64,000 nt of DNA from Macrostomum lignano (lineage: Eukaryota), in assembly GCA_002269645.1 (NCBI GenBank), contig NIVC01002334.1, positions 118,603 to 182,602 of the forward strand, in the 5' to 3' direction. Position numbers and translations under genes: made by a program. The number at the start of each line of letters is the position of its first letter. Position 1 is the stretch's first letter. The notes under the pieces were generated by a model that was given only the letters and a program-made list of their open reading frames with translations, had not been told where the DNA came from and did not search any database. Below are positions 26,507 through 40,200 of the stretch, piece by piece.

Positions 26507-26902
26507 GCAGTGCTTTTCCGTAAGCCTCGAACTCGCAGATTGTCAGCTGAGGCAGGCGACTTTTTACCATGATCTCCTGGCCGTATCCGTCGCATCGCAG
26601 AATCTTAGTGGCAAATCGACTCCAACTTTTGTTGTACCGATTGCACACGTTCTTATCGTCGATAATCACGTCGAAGTTGGTCAGTCTCTCCTTCAGAATC
26701 TCGCGGTTGTAGATTTTGACGCAAATGAACCGCACAGGAAACTCGGTTTTCGCCTTCCACCAGGTGTTTTCTTTTCCCGTGTGAGCGCAGTTTAATAGAC
26801 CCAATTTACCTGTATCCAGTTTGCCATCATAAGCCTTGTCGCACAAGTAATTTTTTTCATCCTGGTTCGAGCCTTGGCTGCAGCTGACGAGTTTGAGTTT
26901 TG
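26507..26902 (-). CDS. F-type lectin-like domain exon 6 of 14
   Basis: CGCAG|CA AAA acceptor, CTG C|GTGAGT donor, 396 nt, phase 1-1. NCAHTGKENTWW...IYNREILKERL. Confidence 0.9.
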
Positions 26903-27047
26903 CTGCGTTGAATGAAGAGTGGCAGTTGAAATTTCAGATGCACACAGAAACACAAATATGTTTTGGAATCTGTTTTCAACTAACCAATAAAATAACTCTT
27001 GCAAGAGTATGTGTGTCTATATGCAAAACATTATGTGCACTGCTTGC

Positions 27048-27049
<2 letters not shown>

Positions 27050-27088
<39 letters not shown>

Positions 27089-27455
27089 CAGCTGCTTTAA
27101 TCGTTTCCGGTGATCTTGTGTGCGTGCTTTCAGCTTGATTGGCTGCGGCAAGCAAGCTCGAAAGAGCTCGCTTCGCTCGCTCTTTCTCGCTATCTACTAT
27201 CTATAGCCAGGACCTACACCGGAGCGGTTACGAAAATTAGATTTCTCGGTAGTTGCACGTACTCTTTTGCACTACTTGAGTAGTCTGATTTTCGTTCGGC
27301 ATGGCTGGTTCCAGCAGGTAGTTCCTCTGGATAAAAGCGCTTACCGCGCCCATTGGCTTTCCAGCTGCCTTAATCGTTTCCGGTGATCTTGTGTGCGTGC
27401 TTTCAGCTTGATTGGCTGCACTCTTTCTCGCTATCTACTATCTATCTATCTATCT
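27050..27455. repeat. (TATC)n microsatellites and a short direct duplication
   Basis: TATC runs at ~27050-27085 and ~27440-27455. CTTTCCAGCTGC...GCTTGATTGGCTGC occurs twice (~27085-27146 and ~27357-27419). Confidence 0.7.
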
Positions 27456-27867
27456 AATTGAGGGTGTGTGGCGACCCTCAGTTCTTGGACTGAACTGCCG
27501 TACGCAGCCTTCAGATGGCGCTGAGCAATAGCTGCGGCAGAGGTGTCGGTTGCACATCTGGCCGTTACTCGTAGGGCAGGTGTAGTCAATCGATATTCGC
27601 ATAATATTATTATATTGTTTTTACTTTTAACACCATTTTCCCTTAAAGATTAACAATAGTGACTGCACAAAGCAGAAACGTACGTATACTTATTCAAAAT
27701 ATGTAAACTGTCAGACAAAAGGCGCAGATTGCTAGTGTAACTAAAATTTTAACAAACAACGGATTTTCCACTATCCCCTTCCCGTGTCTTTCACTAAACT
27801 TACTGCATTATTTAATATATCGGTTATGCTTTTTTCTCTATAATAGTTACGAAAAAGTCCAACTCAC

Positions 27868-28260
27868 GCATTGGTTCTCCGAAAGCCTCGAACTCGCAGA
27901 TTGTCAGCTTTGGCAGGTAACTTTTCACCATGATCTCATGTCCGTATCCTTCGCATCGCAGCAACTTGGTGGCGAATAGTTTTGGATTTTTGTACCGATT
28001 GCACACGTTCTTATCGTCGATGATCACTTCGAAGTCGGTCAGTCTCTCCCTCAGAATGTCGCGGTTGTAAATTTTGACGTACACGAAGTGCATGGGATTA
28101 TCAGTCTTCGCCTTCCACCAGGGGTTTTGGTTGTCCGTGTGAGCGCAGTTGTATATACCATATGTACCTCTATCCAGTTTGCCATCATAAGCCTTGAAGC
28201 ACACGTGCTTCAAGCCATCCCAGTACGAGCCTTGGCTGCAGGTGACGAACTCGAATTTTT
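27868..28260 (-). CDS. F-type lectin-like domain exon 5 of 14
   Basis: ATGCAG|AA AAA acceptor, ATG C|GTGAGT donor, 393 nt, phase 1-1. NCAHTDNQNPWW...IYNRDILRERL. Confidence 0.9.
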
Positions 28261-28384
28261 CTGCATTTCATTTATTGCAGTAGTTGGAATTTCAGGTGCA
28301 CACAGCGAAACAAAAAAATTCATGAATATCTTTTGGACTCGGCAATAAAAAACTCAGAAACGGAAACGGGCGAGTGGGAGATTT

Positions 28385-28960
28385 GTGAGGCCTAACCGCC
28401 CAGAAATAAGAGCTCCGCCACGACTCCTCCGAGGTGAACCCGGCCAGGGGCAAAAAACCACGAAAATTGCAGCAAAAGGACGCGAAAAGACCCGTATCCC
28501 GCCCGGAACACTATCCGCTCAGGCCCGACTCAGCGCGCGAAGCAGCTGCTGGACACCGTCAAAGTTCAAAACTGCAGCAACCAGCCCAGTGTCACCACTG
28601 CTTCTCTATCGGACAACAGGGCTGAGAATCCGGACACTGCCCCAGTGGCGACCTCGCCCTTGACCGAGGAAACCATCAGGAAAGGAGTCTATGGAAGAGG
28701 CAGCAGTGAACATCCTGCAGACTAACCTGCTTCACTGCATCGAGGCCAACCTGATGAAGGTAACGGACTTAGCAAAACCGATAGTTATTCTGCTTGAGGA
28801 GACCTGGACGACGAAAGGTAAGATTCCGGACATTCTTGTTGGTTCTGACATTTTTTAGGACCCTCAGAACCCTAGAGCAGCCTATTCGAGACTACCCTTC
28901 TCAAAGCTTGGCACAGATTGGACCTCTCTGACAGAGACCTCTGTGTCATTCATTCAATCC
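28385..28960 (+). mobile_element. Degenerate LINE fragment (start of the apurinic-like endonuclease)
   Basis: From 28691, MEEAAVNILQTNLLHCIEANL...IVILLEETW resembles the LQxNLxH...ILxQEPW N-terminus of LINE APE domains. Confidence 0.5.
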
Positions 28961-29637
28961 AATCATATTATCACCAACCCCTACGACCATCATTGTTTCG
29001 ATTTATATCCCTGACAATGACTTTTGCGGTTCCGCCTAACCTCACCTCACGTCCCAATGTTCTTGTTATATCTATTGCAATGTTGGGCTGCTCTAACAGC
29101 GATACAAGTTGGATCTACCCATGGAGGAAAGAATAGAATCTATATAACTAAATCTGAAAAGTTTCTTCTTATATATATCTATCTTCTTTTAATCTTCTAT
29201 CTATATGTATATAAATCTATCTTCTAAATATACTAAATCTCTAAGGTTTGTATGTTTGTCCATAATCTAAATATACTAAATATTCGAAAAACAAGTTTAT
29301 CTAAATGCTTTTAATGGAAGGCCAAGCAGCGTTGAATTCTTGACTGGCTGAATTCCAATTCTAAATGATTGCGCCACAACTGCGTACTGCATATTCTCGC
29401 TATAAACTGACTCTGAGCTTTTCAGCAGGAGGCAGTGTGCCAAGCATTGCGCAGGCACTCTGGAGGGAGAAAGAAATCAGCCAGTGCATTTTAAAAGTAT
29501 TGAAATTGAGAGATTTACTTAACTGTGCAATGGCTCTGCCAGCACCAAAACTGTGCACACTGAGCAGGCTATCACTGCTATGTATTTGACTGCAGTGCCG
29601 AAGCATATGTCTGATTTTTGCGCCCTTCCATCAGTAG

Positions 29638-29718
29638 GCGGAATAGCCGCAGTGTAGGCACTAGGACTAGGTTTAGGCTAGGCGTAAGGTCCAAGGTTCG
29701 AGTCCGCCTCCCCGGTGG
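29638..29718 (+). ncRNA. tRNA-derived SINE-head-like sequence
   Basis: A-box-like TAGCCGCAGTGTAGG and B-box GGTTCGAGTCC (~29695-29705). No canonical cloverleaf. Confidence 0.3.
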
Positions 29719-30916
29719 ATAATTAAAATAAGTAAATTCATTTATTTGTAGCTTGTGACTTGACTAAATATAACTTTTTTTTTAATTTAAATTGCAACAT
29801 TTTTTATTAATTAGCAAATAATTTTTGCTACTTGGCACAAGCCGCTTATCAAATTTGATTTTAAAAAACTGCTTCGTGTATTACTGATCCCATCAACGAG
29901 TACTCCCTCGCACCATGAAGTATGAAATTGCTATTAAACTGCAGACCATGCTGTTAAAACTGCTTAAAGGTATTGCTAAATTTTGAGCTTTTTAAGAATG
30001 CCGATATGTACTTAAAATTGTTTAGTGAGCCGTAAAATGCTGAGCACATTTTTAGATTATCGGAAGATTGGAAGATTATTGGAAAGGAGAACAGAAGATG
30101 CTGAGGGGAACTGCAGATTGTCAAAGGGATCATTCATGCAGACTGCAAAGGGAAAAATGGAACAAACTGCTGAGGTAGTTCCTCCACACTTATGAGCGCA
30201 TAGCAGCAAACTGTTAAGGGGATAACTATCTAGAGAGTTTAAAGTGGATAATAGCTGTGAAGAATTAAGTGCAAGTTGTTGAGTGGATAACTGCGGACTG
30301 CTGAGTGAAGTATTGTAGTTTGCTGATGTTAATGAAAGTTGTAGACGGCACAGTGGATATCTGCAGGCTGCTAAGAGTATGACTGCAGTCTGTTTGTGGG
30401 ATTAGAAGTGATAGCTAATTTCAGGATGTTGTGGAGATAACTGCCGATTTCTGGGGGGGGGTTAACTTCAAACTGCCGAAGTTACTAAACTTCTTGAATT
30501 TAGTTTGAATCTTGAATCTTGAATTAGAAGTTTTAGTAACTGCCGAAGTTACTAAACTTCTTGAATAGTATAAGGCTTTTAGCAGAAGGTCGGCAGTTCG
30601 AGTCTGTATTGAAGCAGCGAATTTATCTTTGTGACAATAATCATTGTTTCCTATGAGGATTCATGCAAATTTTTAGCATTTTCATTTTGTACCTACTTTT
30701 GCTGGGGCTACGCTAAGCTTTAAGAGCAGCGCTAATCGGGGAGAGCAGTGCTAATCTGATGTATAAAATAAAATAATAAATATGTAAGGGAATTACAAAT
30801 CAATTAATTACAAAACCTGCAAGTTGACAAAGCATTTCATATGGTTTCGATTATCCAGAAGCAATATGGCAATAAGCAAAGATTAGTGGCCATCTGCTCA
30901 CTGATTGTGCAAAAAA

Positions 30917-31455
30917 GTGCTGGTGAATCATTGCTAAACTGCTGGTGAAGCATTGTTAAACTGCTGGTGAAGCATTGCTAAACTGCTGGTGAACCATTGC
31001 TGAAATGCTGGTGAACCATTGCTAAACTGCTGGTGAAGCATTGTTAAACTACTGGTGAAGCATTGCTGAAATGCTGGTGAACCATAGCTAATGAAAACTG
31101 ATGGTGAAGCATCGCTAAACTGCTGGTGAACCATTGCTAAACTACTGGTGAACCATTGTTGAAATGCTGGTGAACTATTGCTAAACTGCTGGTGAAGCAT
31201 TGCTCAACTGCTGGTGAACCATTTCTGAAATGCTGGTGAACCATAGCTAATGCAAACTGCTGGTAAAGCGTTGCTGAATGCTGGTGAACCATTGCTGAAT
31301 GCTGGTGAAGCATTGCTAAACTGCTGGTGAACCATTGTTGAAATTCTGGTAAAGCATTGCTGAATGCTGGTGAACCATTGCTGAAATGCTGGTAAAGCAT
31401 TGCTGAATGCTGGTGAACCATTGCTGAAATGCTGGTGAAGCATTGCTAAACTGCA
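30917..31455. repeat. ~21-22-bp minisatellite (TGCTGGTGAA[G/C]CATTGCTAAAC); shorter copy at ~34012-34138
   Basis: More than 20 head-to-tail degenerate units with no unique spacers. Confidence 0.92.
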
Positions 31456-32334
31456 GAAAGCTATGGTAAAATATTGTAATTTTTTAAATAAAAACTTTCA
31501 AAGAGAAGAAAACGCAACGCAAGAAAAAGCGAACAAGAATCATCATATCAATCATAAATGAAGCGCCCTGTCGAACGTAAAAGTCTCATCGGGAATTGCT
31601 TAGACTGTTAAGACTGCTAAGACTATTGCTACGAGCATAATGCTGGTATGGGAAATCGCTGTGATATCAAGACTCACGGTAGAATTTATAAGATCTCAAG
31701 GCTCAGGGGGAATTGCTATAGTTATGTCATTCTGGGGAGAATTGCTTTGATTTCAAGTTTCATTTGTGAAATTGCTGAAATTAATTGTTGAAATGCAAGT
31801 GCCAGGATATCAAAAGGTTAGTCACTCAATTTTCAGGCTCATGGGGAAATTGCTAACATTTCCAAAGCTCATTGGGGAATTGCTGAAATTCTAAGATTAA
31901 AGATTAATTAAGATTAGATTCTAAGTTGCTAAGATTAAATTCTCTTGGGGGAAAACTTAAATGATTTGGCTCTACTACGGGGAATTGCTGACAGGTCAAG
32001 GCTTTCGGTGAAATTCAGATTACAAAGCTTATTTATGAGGAAGTTACTTTAATTCTGAGGCTCAAGGCTTATGATGGAAATTTCCAACACGCCAAGACTC
32101 ACTTATGGGTTAGGGTGACCATTAATTAAAGACTTGTTTAGATATAATCAAAGTTCATTGTGGAATCGCTCTGTTGACAAAGCTCATAAAGAAATTGCTG
32201 AGTTATCAAGGCTTATAAGGGTATTGCTGAATTCTTGGGAAAAGGGAGTTGGGTTGTTGGTATGTCAAGGCTTACTGCGCTGGGTGAATTGCGTGATGTC
32301 AAGGCTCGAGTTTACTCTTACTTACTCTAACTGG

Positions 32335-32635
32335 GGGATTGCTGAGATGTCAAGGCTTACTGGGGGAAATTGCTGAGATGTCAAGGCTTACTGGGGGAAA
32401 TTGCTGAGATGTCAAGGCTTACTGGGGGAATTGCTGAGGTGTCAAGCCTTACTAGGGGAATTGCTGAGATCTAAAGGCTTACTTGAATCTCAAGGCTTAC
32501 TGGGGAAATGCTGAGATCTAAAGGCTTACTTGAATCTCAAGGCTTACTGGGGAAATGCTGAGATCTAAAGGCTTACTGGGGGAAATGCTGAGGTGTCAAG
32601 GCTTACTGGGGGAATTGCTGAGGTGTCAAGGCCCA
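32335..32635. repeat. 30-bp minisatellite (GGGGGAATTGCTGAGATGTCAAGGCTTACT)
   Basis: Tandem units. The same array continues at 34140-34234, 40973-41350 and 41525-41650. Confidence 0.92.
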
Positions 32636-34234
32636 TGGACGATGGCTGAATTGTTGGGGGGGGGGGGGGGTGTTAGATTGTTAGGCGATTGTCAGATAGT
32701 CAGGTAGTACGGCTCAAGTAGCTCATGTAATTCAGATAATGAAAAAGTACACACAAGTGATGCTGATTTCTGCTAATAGGAAATACCAGCGCATTCATTA
32801 AAGGTTTGATCCTTTGATTTAGGCTAATATAGAGAGAGGGTCTAAGGGCGTCAGGGATTTGCATATTGAGCTCCTGCTGCGGATCAGAATATGCCCCGGC
32901 CAGTGACGATATCCATCAAGAGTTTGTGCTTGAAAGGATAAGCACTATTTGCTGATTTAGAAAGGGTTTTGGGCTGATGAAGGAAACCTTTTGGCTAATG
33001 AAAGTTTGGATTAATGGCAATTTATTTCTGCCAAAATGAGAAAAGGTAATTTTTGATTAATGGAAATCAATTTTTTGGACGATTATAGTAAGGTTACTCT
33101 TATGCAAAAATAAAAACCAATTGGTGTCATTTTCAAGGCTCCCCAGCGGGGGGGCTAAATGGCTAGTCTTCTTCTTCTTCTAAATATACTAAATCTCTAA
33201 TATTTGTATGCTTGCTTGCTTGTCCATAACGCTCTAGAGATTGCAATTCTTCACCAGTGCTAATTAGTGAGCCGTACAATGCTGAGCGAATTTCTAGATT
33301 GATAAAAAGATCATTTGCAGTTTGCTGAGGATACTGAGGGGCCAGCCGAGAGAATGACTGCAGACTGCTGAGGTTATAAATGAGAGTTATTAAGGAAACT
33401 CTTGCTGACTGCAAATGGATTGACTGTAGACTTCTGAGGGGAACTGCAGATTGTCAAAGAGATCGTTAATTAATAATATAGATCTTCCAGACTTAAGAGC
33501 ATATAGCTGCAAACTATTGAGTGGATAATTATCTGCAGAGTTTTGAGTGGATTGTTGAGTTGATTCCTGCGGACTGCTAAGTTTGCTGAGAAGACAACTC
33601 TAGGCCACTGAGTGGATAATTGTTTAATCTGCAGGCTGCTAAGAGTTTGACTGCAGTTTGTTTGCGGGATTAGAAGGGATAGCTTTTCAGATTGTTGTAG
33701 CGATAACTACCAATTTCTGGGGGAAGGGTTAACTTCAAACTGCTGAAGTTACTAAACTTATTGAATAGTATAAGGCTTTTAGTAGAAGGTCGGCAGTTCG
33801 AGCGGCATTGCTAATCTGCTGTAAGTGTTCATTTGCAGAGGGTACATGTATTAGTAATCTGAGAGAGCAGTGCTAATCTGACGCATACAATAAAGTATTA
33901 AAAATTTAGGAGGATTGCAAATCAAATTTAAACTGCAAGTTGTATACATTTCAAATGGTTTCGATTATTGCGATGCATATGGCGATTAGTGGCCCTGATT
34001 GTGCAAAACAGTGCTGGTGAGCCATTGCTAAACTGGTGGTGAGCCATTGCTAAACTGGTGGTGAACCATTGCTAACTGCTGGTGAACAAATTGCTAAACT
34101 GCTGGTGACGATGCATTGCTAAACTGCTGGTGAAGCATCTGAGATGTCAAGGCATACTGGTGGGGGGGGGGGAATTGCTGAGATGTCAAGGCTCACTGGG
34201 GGGGAATTTCTGAGTTGTCAAGGCTTACTGGGGG

Positions 34235-37200
34235 TGTTTGGGAGGTAGATTAGTAGCATTGATTTTCTTTCCAATTCCACTGCGTGATTTAATGTACGTA
34301 CGTGTTTATTATTCAATTTTCTATGTACGCTGATTTAGCCCAGGCCCATCTCACCCACCCCCCTCCACGCTGGCTGATTCTGACTGACTGCAATATATAT
34401 ATATCATCGAGAGAGCTTTTTAGCCCTGTGTACGGTTTACGCTTTTCGTTTTGTTAGCGTCTCGCTTGAGCCTCAGCTCCAAAATAGTTTGGCGGACCAT
34501 CGGTCTTTTCATTTCTACAGTACATTTTGGTAGCAGAGCGTGGTTGGACAAGCCTAAATTACCACTGACGTGGCAAGCAATAGAATCCTACTGTGAAACG
34601 AAGGACCAAGATGGACAGTGACGACGCCAATGAACAACAACAGGAAGCCCAAGACGATGCCGGCGCGCTGCGTTTAGAGAAGCTGCGCTTCGAGAAATCC
34701 CGAAAAAAAGCAGCGTTCACTCGTTGCAAAAACAAGCTGTCTTGGCTGCTAAAGACGCGCGCCTCTGATGACGAAGTGCAAGCTACCTGCGATGCTCTAT
34801 CCGACCTGCAGGACCTGGTCAGCGCCATCCAGGAAGAACTGCATCAAGGCTACGCCGACGCCAAGGACAACGAGAGGCGACAGCGCCTACTAGAAGAGAT
34901 GGAGGAGACTGAGCGCGACTACCAAGCTGCCATTCAGCGCGTCGAAAGTTCCAGAAACCGGGGATTGCAGCGAGCCCAAGAAGCCCCTCCTGCCGCGAGT
35001 TCAAGCGGTGAGAACGCTGCGGGTGACCAAGAAGAAGCAGCTGGTGAGTTAGACAAACTTTCTGGCAGTGCTGCGTCCAGCAAAGGATCCAACCCGAAGG
35101 AGCTTTCAAAAGATTTGTGGAAGATGCTGAAGCGTGTTGAAATCCCAACGTTTAGTGGAGAAAAGCAGAAGTATGAAAACTGGAAGGCAGCCTTTGTTGC
35201 GTGCATCGACAGCGCCCCTGCAACACCAGAATTCAAGTTGCTGCAGCTTAGGCAGTACCTCAGCGGTGAAGCTTTGAAGGTTATAGAACATCTAGGACAC
35301 TCCGCTGCTGCATATGAGGCTGCAAAAGAGAGACTAGAGAGAGAATTTGGTGGACAGCGTAGGCAACTTGCTCTGCACTTGGAAGAGCTGGACAGCTTCC
35401 CGATCGTGCGAAAAGGAAGCGCCAAGGATCTGAAAAGCTTTGCTAATCTACTGGATGTGGCTGTCGTTAACCTTGAGGATGCGGGTAAAGAGGCAGAGCT
35501 TCAAGATGGGATGTTGTATGTGAGGCTGCAGAAAAAGTTGCCTGAGCAGATGGTTGCCAGCTACCGGAGGTGGATCTTTGAGCAGCGGAAGCCGGAGAGT
35601 GTTAGAAATCTGAGAATTTGGGTGCTGCAAGAAGCAGAGTTTCAGACTGAAGCGTCAGAGATTGTGCAGGGCGTTGCCACCATGCAGCAGGAGCGTCAAA
35701 AGCGAGAGCAGCGACCAAAGACTTTCGTTACTACGGACAGTGACAAGAAGGTACAGCGAAAGATTTGCATTGTTTGTCAAGGTGATCACGAGCTGTGGTC
35801 CTGCAGTGAGTTCAAGGAGCTTCCGGTGGAAAAACGCTGGGACGCGGCGCAGAGCGCGAAGTGTTGTTTCCGGTGCTTGGGCCAAGGACATCTTGGCAGC
35901 CAATGTCGGCGCGGTCGTCGGTGCGGCATCAACAGCTGCATAAAGTTCCACCATCGCTTGCTTCATGCAGAAAAAGCGTTGGCCAAGTCTGGTGAAGCGA
36001 AGCAGACTGCATCCAAGGACGCTAAATCCGCTTCTAGTTCAGGAAAGACTGGACCGGTGACGCTTCTGTCGGCTGGTGAAACGGCAATCTCGTTACGAAC
36101 GGTGCCTGTAGTCTTACGGAACGGGTCCCGGAAGCTGAAGGTGAACGCCTTGCTCGACGATGCCAGTACCAGGAGCTACGTCAACATCGGGATAGCAGAA
36201 GCGCTTGGAGTGCATGGAGCGCTCGAAAAGGTGAAAGTCGGAGTCATCAATGGCCAAACAGAGACCTTCATGACAGCCCCAGTCTGCTTTAGCTTGGAAA
36301 GTCTGGATGGTCAGACCAGCTCAATGATCGTCGCCTTCACCGCTGATCACGTGACTGGGTCCCTCAAAGGCGTCGACTGGCACGAAGAAGCGCAGCAGTG
36401 GCCTCATCTGAGAAATGTGCCGTTTCCGAAGCTGTGTGAGCCTGCAGTAGTGGACTTGCTGATTGGTGCTGATCACCCGAATCTTCACGTGTCTCTCAAA
36501 GAAATCGTCGGACAGCCGCTGGAGCCAAAGGCGCGCCTGACTCCCCTGGGTTGGACGTGCATCGGTCGCACAGAGCAGGACAATTCTGAGATGCAGAACG
36601 CCCATTTCGCTGCCACTTTCTTCAGCTGCGATTCCGAATCTGGTCAGGTGGCTAAGATCCTGCGGCAGTTTTGGGAGATCGAGAACGTCTCAGAAGGTGC
36701 CAATCGAAGTCCGCTGACCGCCGATGAGGAGAGAGCCGTCCAGCAAGCCAAGTCGTCGCTAAAGTACACGAAGGGCCGTTACCAGATCGGGATTCCATGG
36801 AAAAAGGATCGGCTGGCTCCAGCAGGCACTTTCTCAATGGCCTTGAAGCGACTAAAGAACACCGAACAGCGGCTGATTAAGGAAATGGACGTCTGCAAGC
36901 AGTATCAGGAGATCCTTGAAAAGTATGAACAGCAAGGTTATATCCGAAAAGTGTCGCAAGCTGAGACTGAAGGCCGCTGTTTCCTGCCGCACTTCCCAGT
37001 TCTGCGGCCAGACAAGGCTACAACAAAAGTGCGGATAGTCTTTGATGCATCGGCTGCCAGATTGAACGACCAGATCCTCCAGGGCCCCAAACTGCAGAGG
37101 GATTTGGTTGACGTGCTGCTTCGGTTCCGCCGACACCCGATTGCGATCGCATGCGACGTAGCGGAAATGTATCTCCAGATCGAAATGGACCCGAAGGACA

Positions 37201-40200
37201 GGCCGCTGCACAGTTTCCTTTGGCGGGACGCCGATCCTTCAAAGCAACCGGATGTCTACGAGTTCAACAGAGTGGTGTTCGGCGTCACCAGCTCTCCTTT
37301 CTTGGCACAGTTCGTTACCCGCTGCCATGCTGAAAAGTTAAAAGGTGAGCTTCCAGAGGCGGCCGAGACAGTACTGCACTCTACCTATATGGATGACAGC
37401 CTGGACTCTGCGCCCACCGAGGCAGCCGCCTGCAGGCTGTACGATCAACTCAGTGAGCTCTGGAGGCGCGCCGGCATGCACGCGCGCAAGTGGGTCTCGA
37501 ACTCGAGAGCTGTGCTCGATAGAATCCCACCTGAAGACCGTGCAGCCGAAGTTACCTTGGACAGCAAAGAACTACCAAGCACCAAGACACTGGGTGTCAC
37601 GTGGCAGAGTGAGCAGGACGAATTTACCTTTAAAGATGAAAACGAGTCGCGTCAGGTGACCACAAAAAGAGGTCTGCTGAAGAAGCTAGCGAGCGTCTTT
37701 GATCCACTTGGACTGATCTCTCCATTTGTCGTGCAGGCGAAGATTCTGATGCAGGAGCTTTGGCAGACAGGTCTTGATTGGGATGAACCGCTGAATGCAG
37801 AACTTAGTGCGAAAGTGAGCGCCTGGTGCATTGACCTGAAGCATTTAAGTGAGATTCGGCTTTCCAGGGCGCTTGAAGGAGAAAATTCCCTGTCGGGTAG
37901 TCTGCACGTGTTCGTTGACGCATCCGAGAAAGCTTACGGAGCTGTATGCTACTGGAGAAGTGAAACGGCAACTGACAGTGAACGTTCCGTTCGACTTATC
38001 ATCTCGAAGACTCGAGTAGCTCCAATCACAACCATGAGTACACCGAGGTTGGAGCTGATGGCAGCAGTTCTGGGAGTCCAACTCGCAAGCAAAGTCGCGC
38101 AGTCATTGCAAGTGCCGCTTCGTGACGCAGTTTTTTGGTCTGACAGCTTAAACGTGTTGTACTGGATTCGTGGCCGAGGAAAAATGTTCAAGCCGTTTGT
38201 CTCCTCTCGAGTGGGCGAGATCCAAGCTTCAACGGAGCCGAACCAGTGGAGATATGTTTCGACGGAAAAGAATCCAGCAGATCTGCTCTCTCGAGGACTA
38301 TCGATCAAGGCAGTGGCGGCTAGCCAGTTGTGGTGGCATGGACCTCAGTTTCTCTTAGAAGAGGCAGAGAATTGGCCAAAGAACAAAGTGCAGGTTCCTG
38401 AGCAGGTGGAAGAGAGACGCAGATGCGAGGATCAGTCGCCGGCCGGTGAGAGCCAGAGAACGTATGTCACCGACGTGCTAGAGCGCAATCATCGACTGGA
38501 GCCAGAGCGCTTCTCCAGCTGGATCAGAGCTGTCCGTGTTCACGCTTGGGTGGCCAGGTTCGCTAACAACTGCCGTTTGATGAAGGAGCACCGAGATACT
38601 GGCGAGCTATCACCAGCAGAGATTGAAGCAGCTGAATCGAAGATCATCCAGAGAGCCCAGCAAGAAACGTTTGCGGAAGAGATCGCTTGTCTGCGAGCAG
38701 GAAAGCAGTTGCCGGGACGCAGTGTGATTTCTAACTTGAACCCGAAGCTCGACGTCAACGACCTGCTTCGCGCTGATGGGAGACTAAAGTTCGCCGATGT
38801 GCTACCGTTTAGCACTCGATTTCCTATCATTCTGCCACGATCACACCGCGTGACGGAGCTCATCGTGAAGCATCACCACGAAAGTGTCCAACATCTAGGC
38901 ACAAACCAAACTCTGGTGGCACTGTCAAACCGATTTTGGATCGTCTCGGCCAGAGAAGCCATTAAGTCTTGGGAAGCAAAGTGCGCCGAATGTCGCCGAC
39001 GGAAAGCCAGACCAGCCAGCCAGATTATGGCCCCCTTGCCCGCTTGCCGATTCAAGGAGCCGCTTCGTGCCTTCGCTCGGGTCGCTGTCGATTTTGCCGG
39101 TCCATTCATCACCAAGCAGGGCCGTGGCAAGGCTCGGCAGAAAAGGTACCTGGCATTGTTCACCTGCTTGGCAACGCGAGCTGTACATCTGGAAGTGGCA
39201 TTCGGCATGGATACCGATTCCTTCCTACGGACTCTACAGCGGATGATCAGTCGACGAGGCCAACCGATCGAGCTGTTCTCGGACAACGGCACGAACTTCG
39301 TCGGTGCGGCGCGCGAGCTTCGAGAACTAGTCGACGTCTTGGATACCCAGAAGCTTCAACAGCGAACGGCTTCTCAGCAGTTGCGATGGCATTTCAACCC
39401 GCCCGCTGCGCCGCACTTCGGTGGGGTGCACGAAATCATGATCAAAGCAGCGAAGAAGGCAATCTGGGCAATACTGAAGGAGGCGGACGTCACGGATGAG
39501 GAGCTGCTAAGCGCGTTTGCTGGAGCGGAGGCACTTCTGAATTCAAGGCCGTTGACGTACCAGACGGCGCATCCGAGTGATGATGTGCCGCTGACGCCGA
39601 ATCACTTCCTCATCGGGCAAGTCGGCGGGAAGTTTGCACCGGAGGTCGACGCTGCCATCGCCCGCAGTCCTTCAAGAAGATGGCGTCACGTCCAGCAGCT
39701 GGTGTCGCAGATCTGGCGCCGGTGGTTGCGCGAGGGGCTGCCGGGACTCGCACCGCGGAGCAAGTGGCGCCGCGAGCTGCCTGACCTACAACCTGGAGAC
39801 GTGGCGCTGCTGGTGAGCCCCGACTCGCCTCGGGGTCACTGGCCGCTGGCTCGCGTGCTGGAGGTCATGCGCGGTCCTGAGGGTCACGTGAGAGTCGCCT
39901 CAATCAGAGTCGGTGATCGCACAATGACGAGACCAATAACAAAGTTGTGTCCAATATCTGCAGGTTAGTTTGCGAACCTTTGCTAGAGAATTAGACTTTG
40001 TCAGGTTTTGCAATTTTTCTGATGAGTTGTTCAATTTTCCTGTTTGTTGCATTGTTCGTGTTGTCTTCTTTCCCTTTCATGCTAATAGGAATCACCCTGT
40101 TTTTGCCGTCTTAACCCAATTTTCGTTTTCAGTGTTCAACGCGATTAACTTTCATTATTTAGCTATTTATGTTCTTGCGTGAATTTTGCTGAACAGCAGT